This document shows positions 12,640-25,521 of a DNA stretch of 64,000 bases, one piece after another. A model generated the notes under the pieces. That model ran no database searches, was not told where the DNA came from, and was given only the letters and a program-made list of their open reading frames with translations. Location: the NCBI GenBank assembly GCA_951406725.2, contig OX597836.1, positions 38,564,001-38,628,000 of the forward strand, given 5' to 3'. Numbering within the stretch: the stretch's first letter is position 1; every line of letters begins with the position of its first letter. The DNA comes from Octopus vulgaris. Lineage: Eukaryota. The position numbers and the translations under genes were made by a program.

Positions 12640-13050
12640 TTTTATATTTTTTCTTGTTTCAGTCATTTGATTGTGGTCATGCTGGGGCACAACCTTGTAG
12701 AGTTTACTCAAACAAATCAACTCCAGTATTTTTTTTTTCGTTTTTTTCAAGTCTTGTACATTTTCTGTTGGTTGCTTTTGCAGAACTGTTAAGTAAACAA
12801 ACCAACAATGGTTATCAAGCAATGATGGGGTGGGTGGGGACACACACATACAATACAAACACAAAGACACATATAAACACATATATAAATATACAATAGG
12901 CTTCTTTCAGTTTTCATCTACCAAATCCACTCACAAGGTTTTGGTTGGCCCAGAGTTATAGTAGAAGACATTTGCCCAAGGTCCTGCACAATGGGATTGA
13001 ACCAAAGACCATACAGTTGAGAAACATTGTTTTTAACCACACACCCACCA
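12640..13050 (-). mobile_element. SINE family A (older copy)
   Basis: family A tail and head. Confidence 0.8.
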
Positions 13051-14377
13051 TGCCTCTACTTGCATTCCATTATTATTTTGGAATTCCAAATAAGAGTTAC
13101 TGGAGATGTTTATCTCTTAACACACATAATGTAATCCTCAAATAACATGCCAAATATAATGAAAGCATGCAGGGAAAAAGCATTAATAAAAATCTAACTG
13201 CAAGGAATATCTTTGTTTTAAATTCTTGTCAGATTTATCCATTAAAGACCACCAATAAGTTGTTCACTCCAAGAGAAGGGCAAATGAGAAATTGTAGTCT
13301 TAAAGTACTTTAATAGACACAATGATAAGGTTTAAAATAAATGCGAACATTTAGCATAACATTTATATAACACACACATACATGTATATAAATACATACA
13401 TATACATACTAATACATACATATACATATTCATGTATTTAATGGATTGAATATCACTAAACTTGTAGGTTTTATTTAAAAAAATAACTTCAATATAAAAA
13501 GCTAATACCCATTGAATATTGCCACATTAGAGAATATTTTAATCAATAACTCTAATAGTACATGCTGTTATTCAATATTGAGCTACTCGTGTTATTAATG
13601 ATTAGATTAAGAAGAAAAAATAATTCTTTATTTCCTCACAGAAATGGAAAACCAAATGAGGTTTGAAGTTATATGAGAGAAAATATTAAACAAATATTTC
13701 CATTTATTTTGTTACAATATTTATATACAATACAACCATAAATTACAAAATTAAGTAGACTGTATGTTTGTTGTTCGAAGCATGTTTTATATTAGGGTAT
13801 ATGAGGTATTTTGTGAGTAATAAGCATCATTAGCTAGTAGGAGCTTGCAAAAAATGTTCAGCTTTAAGATCATACATATGTCAAGAAGACCCATGAGGTT
13901 TATTGCCTCATTAATGTGGGTTTTTTTTCAACTGTGTAAGAGGTTTATTACCTTGGTATGAAACTTTAAAAGAACAATGTCTTAGAGAAGCAAAAGTCGG
14001 TGGGCGCTCTTCGTCTTCTCCCATCCTCATCATCCTTGTATCATTATCATTCATTTCATTAATGTCAGTGTCCACACCGCAAGCTTCCTTACTCTGTGTA
14101 CTGCCTTTATGGCAAATTCGATAAAATAAAGAAGACCAATACTCCACAACAAAAGTGTTAAGACCAATCCTTCTGGTTGTGTAAAGCACTCATGGGTGGT
14201 GCCATGTGAAAGCACCCAAGCAATGACATGTAAAAGCGCCAGTACAGTGCCACATAAAAGTGTTCATGAGGCAACATGTAAAAGCATCCAGCACACTCTG
14301 TAAAGTGGTTGCTGTTAGGACCATGTAGAAACCATGCCAAATCAGTTTAGTGCAGCTTATGCCAGCATGGAGGATGT

Positions 14378-14975
14378 TAGTGAGTTTGTCTTTTCTTGGT
14401 AGCAAGATCAGCAAATCAGGTGAATCAGACGAGGACATCATGGCAAGAAGTCTTGGCAAGCCTTCACTATTCTTTGGCCAGTATGGAAGTCCACTGCCAT
14501 CTGAACTCGAACTAAACTCTGCTTATTTAGTTCAAACGTAAAATCTGTGCATTTGTATGGCTCTGAAACACTGAGAGCCACCTGCAGCAGCTACAAGAAG
14601 ATCCAGACCTTCATCAACAAATGTCTCCGGCAGATCCTCCATCTGAAGTGGTTCAACAGAGTGCCAAACACTGACCTGTGGGAAAGGGCCAACCAGGAGC
14701 CCATACATGTTCAGATTAAATGAAGGAAATGGAGATGGATCGGACACACAATGCGGAAAGAAGCCTCAAATGTGACATGACAAGCACTTGACTGGAACCT
14801 GCAGGGGAAAACGAAGCGAGGACGCCCGAAGCAGACATGGAAGCGGAGCATTTTGGATGGGCTCAGGAACACCGGCCTGACATGGGAAGCAGCCAAGAAA
14901 CACACCAATGACCGCAAAAAGTGGAAAACAACTGTTGAGGCCCTATGCTCCACAAGGAAGAAGAAGAAGATGGTG
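14378..14975 (+). mobile_element. 5'-truncated RTE LINE (RT thumb and C-terminus, with stops)
   Basis: FLGSKISKSGESDEDI..LYGSET..FINKCLRQILHLKW..RKWRWIGHTMRK..QGKTKRGRPKQTW..VEALCSTR; (GAA)n tail. Confidence 0.9.
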
Positions 14976-15008
14976 ATCAACACTAAACATGTTCAATCGA
15001 TTCCAGTA

Positions 15009-15378
15009 TGACTGTGGCCATGCTGGAGCACCACCTTTAGTTGAGCAAATCAACCCAAGGACTTATTCTTTGTGAGCCTAGTACTTATTCTATCAGTCAT
15101 TTTTGCCAAACCGCTAAGTTACGGGGGACGTAAACACATCAGTGTCAGTTGTCAAGCGATGTTGGGGGGACAAATACAGACACAAACACACATACATATA
15201 TGTATACATATATACGATAGGCTTCTTTCAATTTCTGTCTACCAAATCCAGTCACAAGGCTTTGGTCGGCCCAAGGCTATTGTAGAAGACACTTGCCCAA
15301 GCTGCCATGCAGTGGGACTGAACCCAGAACCATGTGGTTCGTAAGCAAGCTACTTACCATACAGCCACTCCTATGCCT
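15009..15378 (-). mobile_element. SINE family A
   Basis: family A consensus. Confidence 0.9.
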
Positions 15379-17419
15379 AAATTCATATATATCTGTATAT
15401 ATATTTATATATATATAATAGTTAAAGAGGACAAATCCCCTCAGAAGGCTTCAACCTGCCAGGGCTATAGTAGAGGACATGTGCACAAGGTGTCATGCAG
15501 TGGGACAGAACATGAGACTACGTAGTTGGAAAGGAAAATTCTTACCCACACAACTACACCTATGCTAACTATAACCTATATATAAAAATACTACCAAAAT
15601 ATTAAAACATTTCAGACTGCAATAAAACCACTCTTCATGCGCAAGTTCAACAATCGCTGTTAAATCTGTGCCAACACAAATTTCCAAAGATAAAGCATAA
15701 AAGTACTTCCATTTGAAGTAATAAACATTAAATGTAGTTGTCTGTAATTTAGAGAAATGTGTGGTAGGAATGCTGATAACTAATTTGATAGAAAGATAAA
15801 ATTTATGATATCAGTATATACAAAATACAGAACCATGCTGATATCATCTTTCGTGAATGACTAACTTAAAAAAAAAAAAACAATGAAAACATTCATCGCT
15901 ATCATTTATCACCATTTATTGCCTACATTTCCAGGCTTGCATGGGTTAGACGGAATTCATTGAAGCAATTTTGTTTAAACTTTTGAAAAATTTGAAATAA
16001 AACTTTCTGCTGTTTTCAAGCAAGGATTTCCAAGGGCCCATTCACTGTTCATGTAGTCTATTAAAACCTTTCACGCTGCCTCAGCTTCCCATCATATTTT
16101 CATTGTATCTTTTTTGTCCCTTTTCTATATTCCCCATCATGTTTTCTTCATTTTCCAATTCTGTCATCTTTCATTCTCAGATTTTGGTTTCACCAATTAT
16201 CACTTCTTTCTACCTCATCATTCCTCCTAACTTAGCTTCTCTTAACACAGCATCCCGTTTCTCTCTTCACCATCATACCAATGGCATTACTCTGTTGTCT
16301 CTCAGTACTAGGCTTACAAAGACCCTTAAAGGCAGAGCTCCAGCATGACCGCAGTAAAACAGTAAAAGAATTACAACTATCAAGTGATGTCAAGTCTAGG
16401 CAACACACACGCCGCCACCACCACCACCACTTCTATTATTGAAAAATAATAGAAATATAAAAAACCGCATTATTTATGGGATGAGCCGATATATTCATGA
16501 ATATATACGATGGGCTTCTTTTAGTTTCCCCTTTACAAAATCCACTCACAAAATTTTGGTCAGCCTGAGGCTATAGTAGAAGACACTTGCCCAAGGTGCC
16601 ATGCAGTGGGACTGAACCCAGAACAAAGTGGTTGGGAAGTAAACTGTGCCTATACAATTTCATTTGGCAAATATATAAAAATATGATTACAAAAGTTTGA
16701 AAAATCAGGCAAATGATTAGACTTGGGAATTTACTAAGTAATTAATTTCTTAGAAAGTGTGCAATTTAATCGAAGAGCAGACAGGGGTTCCATTATGCTC
16801 ATTTTGACAAACATGTTATTTGCCATTAAATGATTGTTTGTTGTTGTAACTGTAGTTGAGAAATTGAATCTTGTTTTTTTAATAGGATACAACATCACCT
16901 ACACGATATTAAATAAAATATCTGATCTTTATGATACAATGTAAACAAAGCTTAATCAAAATGCCAGGCTACTTGTCAGTGGCAGATAACTCTGAAATAT
17001 GCTTGGTATATTTTTGCCAGTAAATATTGATGACCCCTTGTCTCGTCTAGTTTGATAGTCTGCTTATATAGACGAATAAATAAATCTTACCACAGGATGT
17101 TGATTACTTCATCAACTGATTTATCAGACTGGCTGTCCAATTGCCACTTACTGATTTTTTTTGTGTAGTGTTCATAAAAAGACTCCCTTACTAAGAAAAT
17201 CTCTCAAAATCTATTATAAATATGAATTCCTCTGTTATAATGAACAAAAGATAATTTTTTTTTAAAAATAGAACAAGGAATATGGTTTTGATAATTATTG
17301 TTTTATCATTTAAAAAAAAAAAGATTTAGTTATGAGAATAATGGCAATGTCCCTAATCTTTGAATGATCTCCAAGACTGGTGGCATAAAAAGGAAGAAAC
17401 GACAATAAAAAACAACCCA

Positions 17420-17633
17420 TTGACCCTTTTGTTCCCATATTTCTGTTGAGATGCACTATGTTTTTTTCAATTAATTTTTAGATATAACAAAGAATTTAGA
17501 AAAACAACTTAGTTATCATTAAGCTAGTGTTACGAACATAAATTATGACAAAGGTTTGGTGGAAGATTTTGATTCGAAACTTTTGGAAACAAGCCAGAGG
17601 TGGTTTCAGGCGGGTTGGTATCAAAGGGGTTAA
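17420..17633. mobile_element. TTAA piggyBac-type MITE family 2
   Basis: ttgaCCCTTT...AAAGGGGttaa; reverse-orientation copy at 57513-57741. Confidence 0.7.
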
Positions 17634-19439
17634 GCCATTGAATCATCTTCAAACTACAAACCTTGTCTAAATGACTGCAACTGTGGGAATTCTACTGAAA
17701 GACCATAGTTGCCAAGTGAAAGTGTTAAGTTATTTCAGTATCAACTAAGTGTTGATCTAAGACCAAAACCAGTTAAATTATGTTATAGGATGACAGCAAT
17801 GGTTAGTTGTTACTTTATCACCTTATTACTGTTTTCTATAGGTGCTTTGTAGATTCTTTAAAAATTGTTTAAAGAGAATATAAACAAACATAGCTGAATC
17901 GAGTAACGCAGATGAAAGACACCTGTTATGATGGTGTGGGAAAGGTCTCATAAGGACAAAACTAATAGAAAGTAAAAAATATAATTGGTAGGTAACGAGT
18001 TGTTACGTTTCACACATCTCTATCAACATTGGAGAGCAAATCATCGTTATCAGAGACTTCAAGACTACATGAAGTAAAATAGTTTAGGTAATTACATCAA
18101 TACGGTGTAAAAATCAATAGTAAGTATTTTAGGTTTAATTCTAAATTCGAGATAACTGAAGCTGATGTTAATAATATTTCATTCTCATTACTATGGTTAG
18201 GATGTGAAAGAGATAATACTAAGAAAAGAAAAGAGTGACATTAAGTCAAAGGTTAATGGCATACAGCTAATATTAATTTTCATAGCCAATCACAAACACG
18301 ACCTAAAATTGGTACTCGGTGACAAATAAACTCCACTATAAACAAATTAGTCAGTATAATTATACACTGTGCTCTTTTACAACGTAATATAATTTACTCC
18401 TAAGACAAAAGCGAGTGACAATAGATCAATTATAACATCGTAATATTTTATTAATTAGACAAACAGATATGAAGGCTTACTTTACTAGTCATCAACCCCC
18501 GAGGGTCACAGAAATAAATATCAGTAATATATTGATATCATAACTTTCTGAAAATTATTTTATTTTCAAACATGAAAACAATAATGCACTTATTAATGGG
18601 TTTTTTTTTTCCCCGCCTGAATTACATTTCTTCTTTTCTTTTTTTTTTGTTTGTTTGTAATAAGATATTATTTGATAAACATATTTCTCAACATAACTAT
18701 AAAAATAGGCCCCCCACCAAAGAATAAGTCTTTACTATGGTTCTAAAAATCAGAAACTAATTCATTGAAAAGTGGTGTTAATGAGAGTTTTATGTTATCA
18801 TTGAAGTAACTGCGTTGGATTTTATTTCGTTTTAAACTAATATATTCTATATGTTGAATTGGATTTAATCAGACAGTTCAAACTTTACCGTTTCTCCCTT
18901 ACCATCTTTCTAAGAGTTTTAAAGTGTTGTTATTATTGATATAAAACTAAACCATTATATCTATATTGCTGTTTAACAAATATGAGCCGGCTTTGAAGCT
19001 AGGCCGTTTTTATTCTGTTAATCTGTCTACACCAGACAGAAGTGATAGTATACAATGGCTGCAAATTACTTTGTGGAGCGGGGTGGGGGGTGAGGTGAAA
19101 AAACAACAAGAAAAAGACAACAAAAACAACAGCAAAAAAACAAAAAAGAACATGGAAATTGGTTTTAGGATTCTGATTTACAACCATGTGACATTTATCA
19201 AAGTGAAATTGTGATAGAGAACAAATAAGAATAATGTTAATAATAAAAAAAAAACCCAAAAGAGAGAGAAAACTTGATTTATGTAGCAAAATAATAATAA
19301 TAATAATTATAATAATAATAGTAGTAGAAGATAGTAACTGATATTTTAATAGTAAGTCAATATGAAGCAGTCTGTTGCGTGGACCGTGTTGTAGTCGTTG
19401 ATGTAATATGAGAAAAACAAGAATCTGATAGGAAACATT

Positions 19440-19497
19440 ACTCACGATATTTAACAAATCTTGTACTTACCTGAAAGAAGAACAGAAAAAGGAAGAA
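19440..19497 (-). promoter_or_regulatory. candidate recursive splice site (AG|GTAAGT) with 25-nt RS exon
   Basis: minus strand: ttcttcctttttctgttcttctttCAG|GTAAGTacaagatttgttaaatatc|GTGAGT. Confidence 0.5.
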
Positions 19498-20006
19498 ATT
19501 AATTATTTTTACTAAATCGATCAGGGTTTTTTTTTTTCTTAATTATATATAAGGTATATTTCTTAAACTTCCATTGAGAATACAGCATATATATTTTACA
19601 GTAATATCAAATGTAGAGATTTAATAAAGAACATTTATTTTTAAAGTGGTAATTGCATCGAAACAGCTACTATTAGAAACGGCACAAATAACATTCTTTA
19701 TAATAAACAAGCACCAACAAGAAATGTCTTTTAATTTTATTTCCGTGGCCATACTGAACTTATATAAATACGAACAGGAATAAACATTCACAGTACATGA
19801 AATGAAGAAAATTACTTTTTTATTTTTATTTTATTTTATTTTTTTATTTTTCTATTTTGTTAGCAGTGAGTGATATATGTCTTGTGTGTTTAAAAGAGAT
19901 TCAATGTTCAATAAGTGTAAAGAATAATAGAGAGTTGTGAAAGATCAAAGAATTTATAACAGAACTACTGAATTAAAGACTTGAAGCAAAAATGATACAC
20001 ACACAT

Positions 20007-20050
<44 letters not shown>

Positions 20051-20509
20051 ATTGATTTCTGAAGAATTGCAAAGATAATTCTTGGAAGATTTACCGAGCA
20101 TTTAGTATTTTATCATTTGAAATATTCATATGAATCTAAGTATATAACTAGATTTGGATATGCCTCTCATCGCTATGTCTAAAAAGTGGAATACAGAGAG
20201 AACCAGTTGCTGCTGATGCTAGACTACTTTAAGTAGAGCAGAATATTGTAGTTGAATAATATCTTAGATTACGAGGAAATGTCTTATGTATGAAGAGGAA
20301 CAATGACAAAGGTTGTTGTTGTTGTTGTTGTTGTTATGCTTATGAACCTCAGGTGTATTTGTGATAGAAGACAAACAAATTCTGTCGGAAATAACTCTTT
20401 GGTAATGAAATTATTTTAAGAACTCTTTCACCCTTATACAAAGAGACAACCTCTAGCTGGTCACTAAACCTGCTAAAAATAGCTCCCAAATTCAAATTAT
20501 AATATACCA

Positions 20510-20921
20510 ATTTCTTAATTACCCACAAGGGGCTAAACATAGAGGGGACAAGCAAGGACAGCCACACGGATTAAGTCGATTACATTGACCCCAGTGCGTA
20601 ACTGGTACTTATTTAATCGACCCTGAAAGGATGAAAGGCAAAGTCAACCCCAGCGGAATTTGAACACAGAATGTAGCGGCAGGCGAAATTGCTATTTCTT
20701 TACTACCTACAAGGGGCTAAACACAGAGAGGACAAACAAGGCCAGACAAATGGATTAAGTCGATTACATCGACTCCAGTGCGCAACTGGTACTTAATTTA
20801 TCGACCCCAAAAGGATGAGGCAAAGTCAACTTCAGCGGAATTTGAACTCAGAATGTAGCGGCAGGCGAAATACCATTAAGCATTTCTCCTGGGGCACTAA
20901 CGTGTCTGCCAGCTCATTGCC
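20510..20921 (-). mobile_element. SINE B 1.75-mer inserted as one unit
   Basis: 19-bp TSD ttcaaattataatatacca (20491-20509 and 20922-20940). Confidence 0.9.
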
Positions 20922-21049
20922 TTCAAATTATAATATACCATCTGGCAAAGGGACACACTGAACAAAGTAATTCTGGATGAGAAATGGCTAAAAGAAGGAT
21001 GGAATAGTCATGATTGCCATATCTCAGTCAAAGCTGACTTACACAAGGT

Positions 21050-21415
21050 GTAGGTGTGGTTGTGTGGTAAGAAGTTTGCTACCTAACTTCATGGTTCCAG
21101 GTTCAGTCCCACTGCATGGCACCTCGGGCAAATGTCTTCTACTCTAGCTCCAGGCCAACCAAAGCCTGGTGAATAGATTTGATAGGTAAATGAAAAATGA
21201 AAGAAGCCTGTCATGTATATGTATGTGGCTTAGTGTTTATGCTTGACAAATGTTGGTTTGTTTACATCCCTATAACTTAATGGTTTGACAAAAGAGACTA
21301 ACATAATAAGCACCAGGTTTTAAAAATAATTTCTGTGGTCTATTCATTTGACTAGAATCTTGAAGGCGGTGCCCCAATATGGGCACAAGTAAAAGATAAA
21401 CAAGTAAAAGATAAA
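21050..21415 (+). mobile_element. SINE family A
   Basis: family A consensus. Confidence 0.85.
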
Positions 21416-21708
21416 AGGGTGACTATATATGTATAGTTTCACATCATCCCTGTGCAACAGACCCCTAATTTGTGCCATCATTTTAGATTTAGGTTTAGTG
21501 TATCTAAGACTGCATTATCCACAGTGCCTTTCATTTTATAAGATATGATTTGAGGAAGATTTCATTGCTATTTCTCATTAGCTCAAATGATTGTGTTGTT
21601 GTTTAACCTGGAAAAAGCAAACCTACGATCAAAGGCTTTCTCCACCCCTTTCATCCAATTTTACTGTATGCCTTTGACATCATGTTCCCTTTTCTAAATA
21701 TAGTATAA

Positions 21709-22037
21709 CTAGTGCATGCATATACCGCTGAGTGTGTGCATACATACATGTGAGGACTGTCCAAACATCCGACCAATCACATACAGCTAGCTGGCATTCA
21801 ATTGGCGTATCAGGTTTCAGGCATTTTGATTGGGTTTTGGATAGAAAATTCACAAAAAAGTCACTTCTATTGATTTTTAATGGCTTTGTGGGGGGAAATG
21901 TAAAAATGTGCACAACCACTCTCGGACGGTTTTGAATGACTATAGAAAGTGCGAGCCCTCTAACTGAAAAATTGTGGATTTGTATAAAGGATACGCGTGC
22001 ACGCACACACATACTTTGCTGTTTATTTATATAGAGA
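21709..22037 (-). mobile_element. short non-autonomous Helitron (family H2)
   Basis: 5' TCtctatataaataaac, 3' gcatgcaCTAG|t; homologous to the 42987 and 52851 copies. Confidence 0.8.
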
Positions 22038-22979
22038 TGTGATTCAAGGGTAATTTGGCTGCATTTTCATGCAGAGTGAGCAATCCATTAAAAACCATTT
22101 TACTAGTAGCATCAATAGCCAGGTCTAACTAAAATATTATATATATATATATATATATATAGATATATATATATATATTCTTTGCTTAGTAGACATGTTA
22201 TTTTTAGTTAATAATCACAAAAGTAAATTTGAAATGAAAAGTGAGTTAACAGGCATTTCTGATAGAAAAGAAAGTTCAATAATTCATATAACTTCTGATG
22301 AAAATGCTTTAGAAATGCTAAAAGAAAACAGTTGTGTGAAAATTAATGAACTGAAAAGAAAATTTTGGCCAATGGTAAAGGAATTTTATGTGAAATAATG
22401 AAAATGAATAGGAATGGTAAAAATAGCACATAGCAAAAATATATTTCATGAATGAATGTTTAAGACTGCTTCATCTATAATTATAAGAATAAAAGAAATT
22501 CAACAAAATATGGTTCCCCCTATCAACTGTAACAGGACAGCAACTCCAAATAGGAACTGACTTGAATCATGATGACCCATCCCACTCATGCTAGTATGGA
22601 AAGCAGACGTAAAATGAAGATGAGGATGTATTGCACAGCTATTGAAGAATTAAAGATTCTTGCCCAAAATATCAGTAGTTCACGCAAAACTTTTCTTGGC
22701 TGTCCGTACTTTTTGCACCTAGCATTCAGTAAAAAGTATCCTGACCTAACTGTGTCTGAGACTAAATAAGAACAAGTTTTACTTCATAATTAATTGGTTA
22801 GCATAAAAATCCCACTTAGCTGTAAAAATAAAACAGCCCATCAAAATTCCGAGGTAAACAGATTTTCAGTCCTACCATTCTAAAACGGAAAACTTGATTT
22901 TGCCACAAAGTATTATCATCATCTTATGTCCATTTTCAATGATAAAATACATTAAAAGGATCAACACAGTTATTTGGAG

Positions 22980-23517
22980 ACAGATATTAATCGTCTGGAA
23001 ACTGTTCAGCAACGTGTAACCAAGTGAATACCCTCCATCAGGCATTTGCCATATTCTGAATGCCTTATTTCCCTGGGCATGAATACATTGAAACTCCGAC
23101 GTCTGGCAGCTGACTTGGCAGACACCCATAAAATTATTAACCATCTTACAAACAATAATTCTGAGCACCTTTTCAAACTCCATCTGTCTAACACCCGTGG
23201 ACATGTTTACAAAGTCAGAAAACAGCACAGCTCCCATGACTTTCGGAAACATTTTTTCACGCTAAGAGTTGCTTAAGTATGGAACAAACTGCCGGCATCA
23301 GTTGTTAATTGTCGGAGCACTGCATCTTTCAAAACTTCCATGCTTCCTGAGATTCGCCAACACTACACCTGATTTTCTCCCCTCCATACACACACAAGCA
23401 TGTATCTGACTCATACACTGTTCACTTTCCAGACATTTGTACATTACTGCATATGCTTTATATGCACTTTTGACAAGTTGTGGTGCACCTGAGCACTGCA
23501 TACAATAATTTCATTAT
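22980..23517 (+). mobile_element. CR1-clade LINE 3' end
   Basis: DINRLETVQQRVTK..LPYSECLISLGMNTLKLRRLAADL..TRGHVYK..RKHFFTLRV..WNKLP, then 3' UTR. Confidence 0.88.
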
Positions 23518-23714
23518 ATTATATATAAAAGACTCTCCTGCCTCTCCATCTCACTCAAGCATTACATTTTGGCATGGTTTCTATAGTTAGATGCTTTTCC
23601 TATTACCAACCAATTTGCAGTGTTCTGGTTGCATTTTATTATGGCACCAGCACTAGAGAGGTTGCTTTTTACCTTTGCAAGAGTCCTCTCTACATTGTGT
23701 CTGTGCTTGGCAAG

Positions 23715-23992
23715 TATGATTGCCTTACTGGCACCTGTGCCAGTGGCATGTGTAAAAGATTCGAGCGAGGTTGTTGCCAGTACCGCCTGACTGGTCCCGT
23801 GCTGGTGGCATGTAAAAGCACCCACTACACTCTCGGAGTGGTTGGTGTTAGGAAGGGCATCCAGCTGTAGAAACTCTGCCAGATCAAGATTGAAGCCTGG
23901 TGCAGCCATCTGGTTCGCCAGTCCTCAGTCATTCGTCCAACCCATGCTAGCATGGAAAGCGGACATTAAACGATGATGATGATGATGATGAA
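23715..23992 (+). mobile_element. SINE family C
   Basis: near-identical to 1-322. Confidence 0.88.
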
Positions 23993-24588
23993 TGTGAATA
24001 GATGATTGACGACCAGCTGGGTGAAGGAAGAGCAAGTAGAAATACAAATGTAAAGGAGGAAAACTGTGATAGTAGTAAGACGAAGGCACAGGAGAGAGTA
24101 ATATTAAAGTAGACAGTGAAAGATATATATACTGGTAAGGTGACTGAATAATGAAAGTAGCATGTGTGATATGATGAGACAGCAATAAGGTTGGATGGGT
24201 GGTGGGAAGAGAGTGGTGGAAAGCCATAAAGATGACTTACAGTAAAAGTGGTGGATGTCAATAAAGGACAAGGGGATGGGAGAGTAATGTCTGGCAGCAA
24301 AAAAAAAACCGGAAGAAAATGACAAAAAGGAGTAATGAATATGGAGAAGCTCAACAAATATGTGTGTGAATGTGTGTGTGCACGCATGCATTCTCATCCA
24401 AACTGGAGATTAGTACCAACATTCTCATGTGATATGCTTCAACAACTGTAAAGAATCTCTCGCATGAAACTGTTGGTAGCCTCACTAACCTGCAAATAAA
24501 GAATATTTATCCACCAATGTAGTGTTGAGCACTCATTCTCATTGTTTGATATTAATGTATATACATATATATGTGTTTGTATGTATGA

Positions 24589-24629
<41 letters not shown>

Positions 24630-24945
24630 AGCATGGTGATATATACAGGAAAATAGAACTAAAACATGAGCATATAGACATTCCTTTATTAGTAAGTGCC
24701 AATGGCTGAAACTCATAACTTTTGAGTTACTATGTAACTTTTGCTGATTATTAATATAAAATGAGTGTGAATATATGTGTTAGCAGTTTGGGACACGAGA
24801 TTAAGTTTGATGAGTTGTTAAATGTTAAATGAAAAAAAATTTTTTTAATAAATTCAATCTTCATTCTCAAGCTGCTAAAAGGCGTTATGAGCCTAAAATG
24901 TAATTACTATCATTGTCACCTGCCTGACAAGCAATAAACAGAAGT

Positions 24946-25521
24946 TTGCTCCCAGACCGGGCATTATGTGTGTTTATTGAGCGAAAACACCTAAAGCTCC
25001 ACAAGGCTCCGGCAGGGGGTGGTGGCAACCCCTGTTGTACTCTTTCGCCCCAACTTTCTCTCACTCTTTCTTCCTGTTTCTTGTCCCCGACTTCCTACGC
25101 AACCACTGAGCCTGGATGCGTATTCATCCATCCGTCGATGCTCTCGGTGTCGGGGGTTGACCTGCTTTCTCTTCTGCGGTTCTTACGAATAGCAAAGGGC
25201 CACGTTTCAGACTTCTCCCAAGAGGATGGAGACCGCTTCGTTCAACAGCAACAGAATTTGATTCCCAGACCGGGCGTTGTATGTATGTATTGAGCGAAAA
25301 CACCCAAAGCGCCACGAGGATCCGGCAGGGGGTGGTGGTGACCCCTGTTGTATTCTTTCGCCCCAACTTGTTGTATTCTTTCGCCCCGGCGATGCTCTCG
25401 GTGTCGGGGGTTGACCTGCTTTCTCTTCTGCGGGTCTTACGAATAGCAAAGGACCACGTTTCAGACTTCTCCCGAGGCATGCTCTGGGACGAAGACCGTT
25501 TCACTCAACAAACAAACAAAC
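24946..25521 (+). mobile_element. head-to-tail dimer of a GC-rich SINE-like element (family E)
   Basis: two related units (about 310 and 265 bp) starting at a B-box-like gtttgattcccagaccggg; (CAAA)n tail; 10-bp TSD aaacagaagt. Confidence 0.75.
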
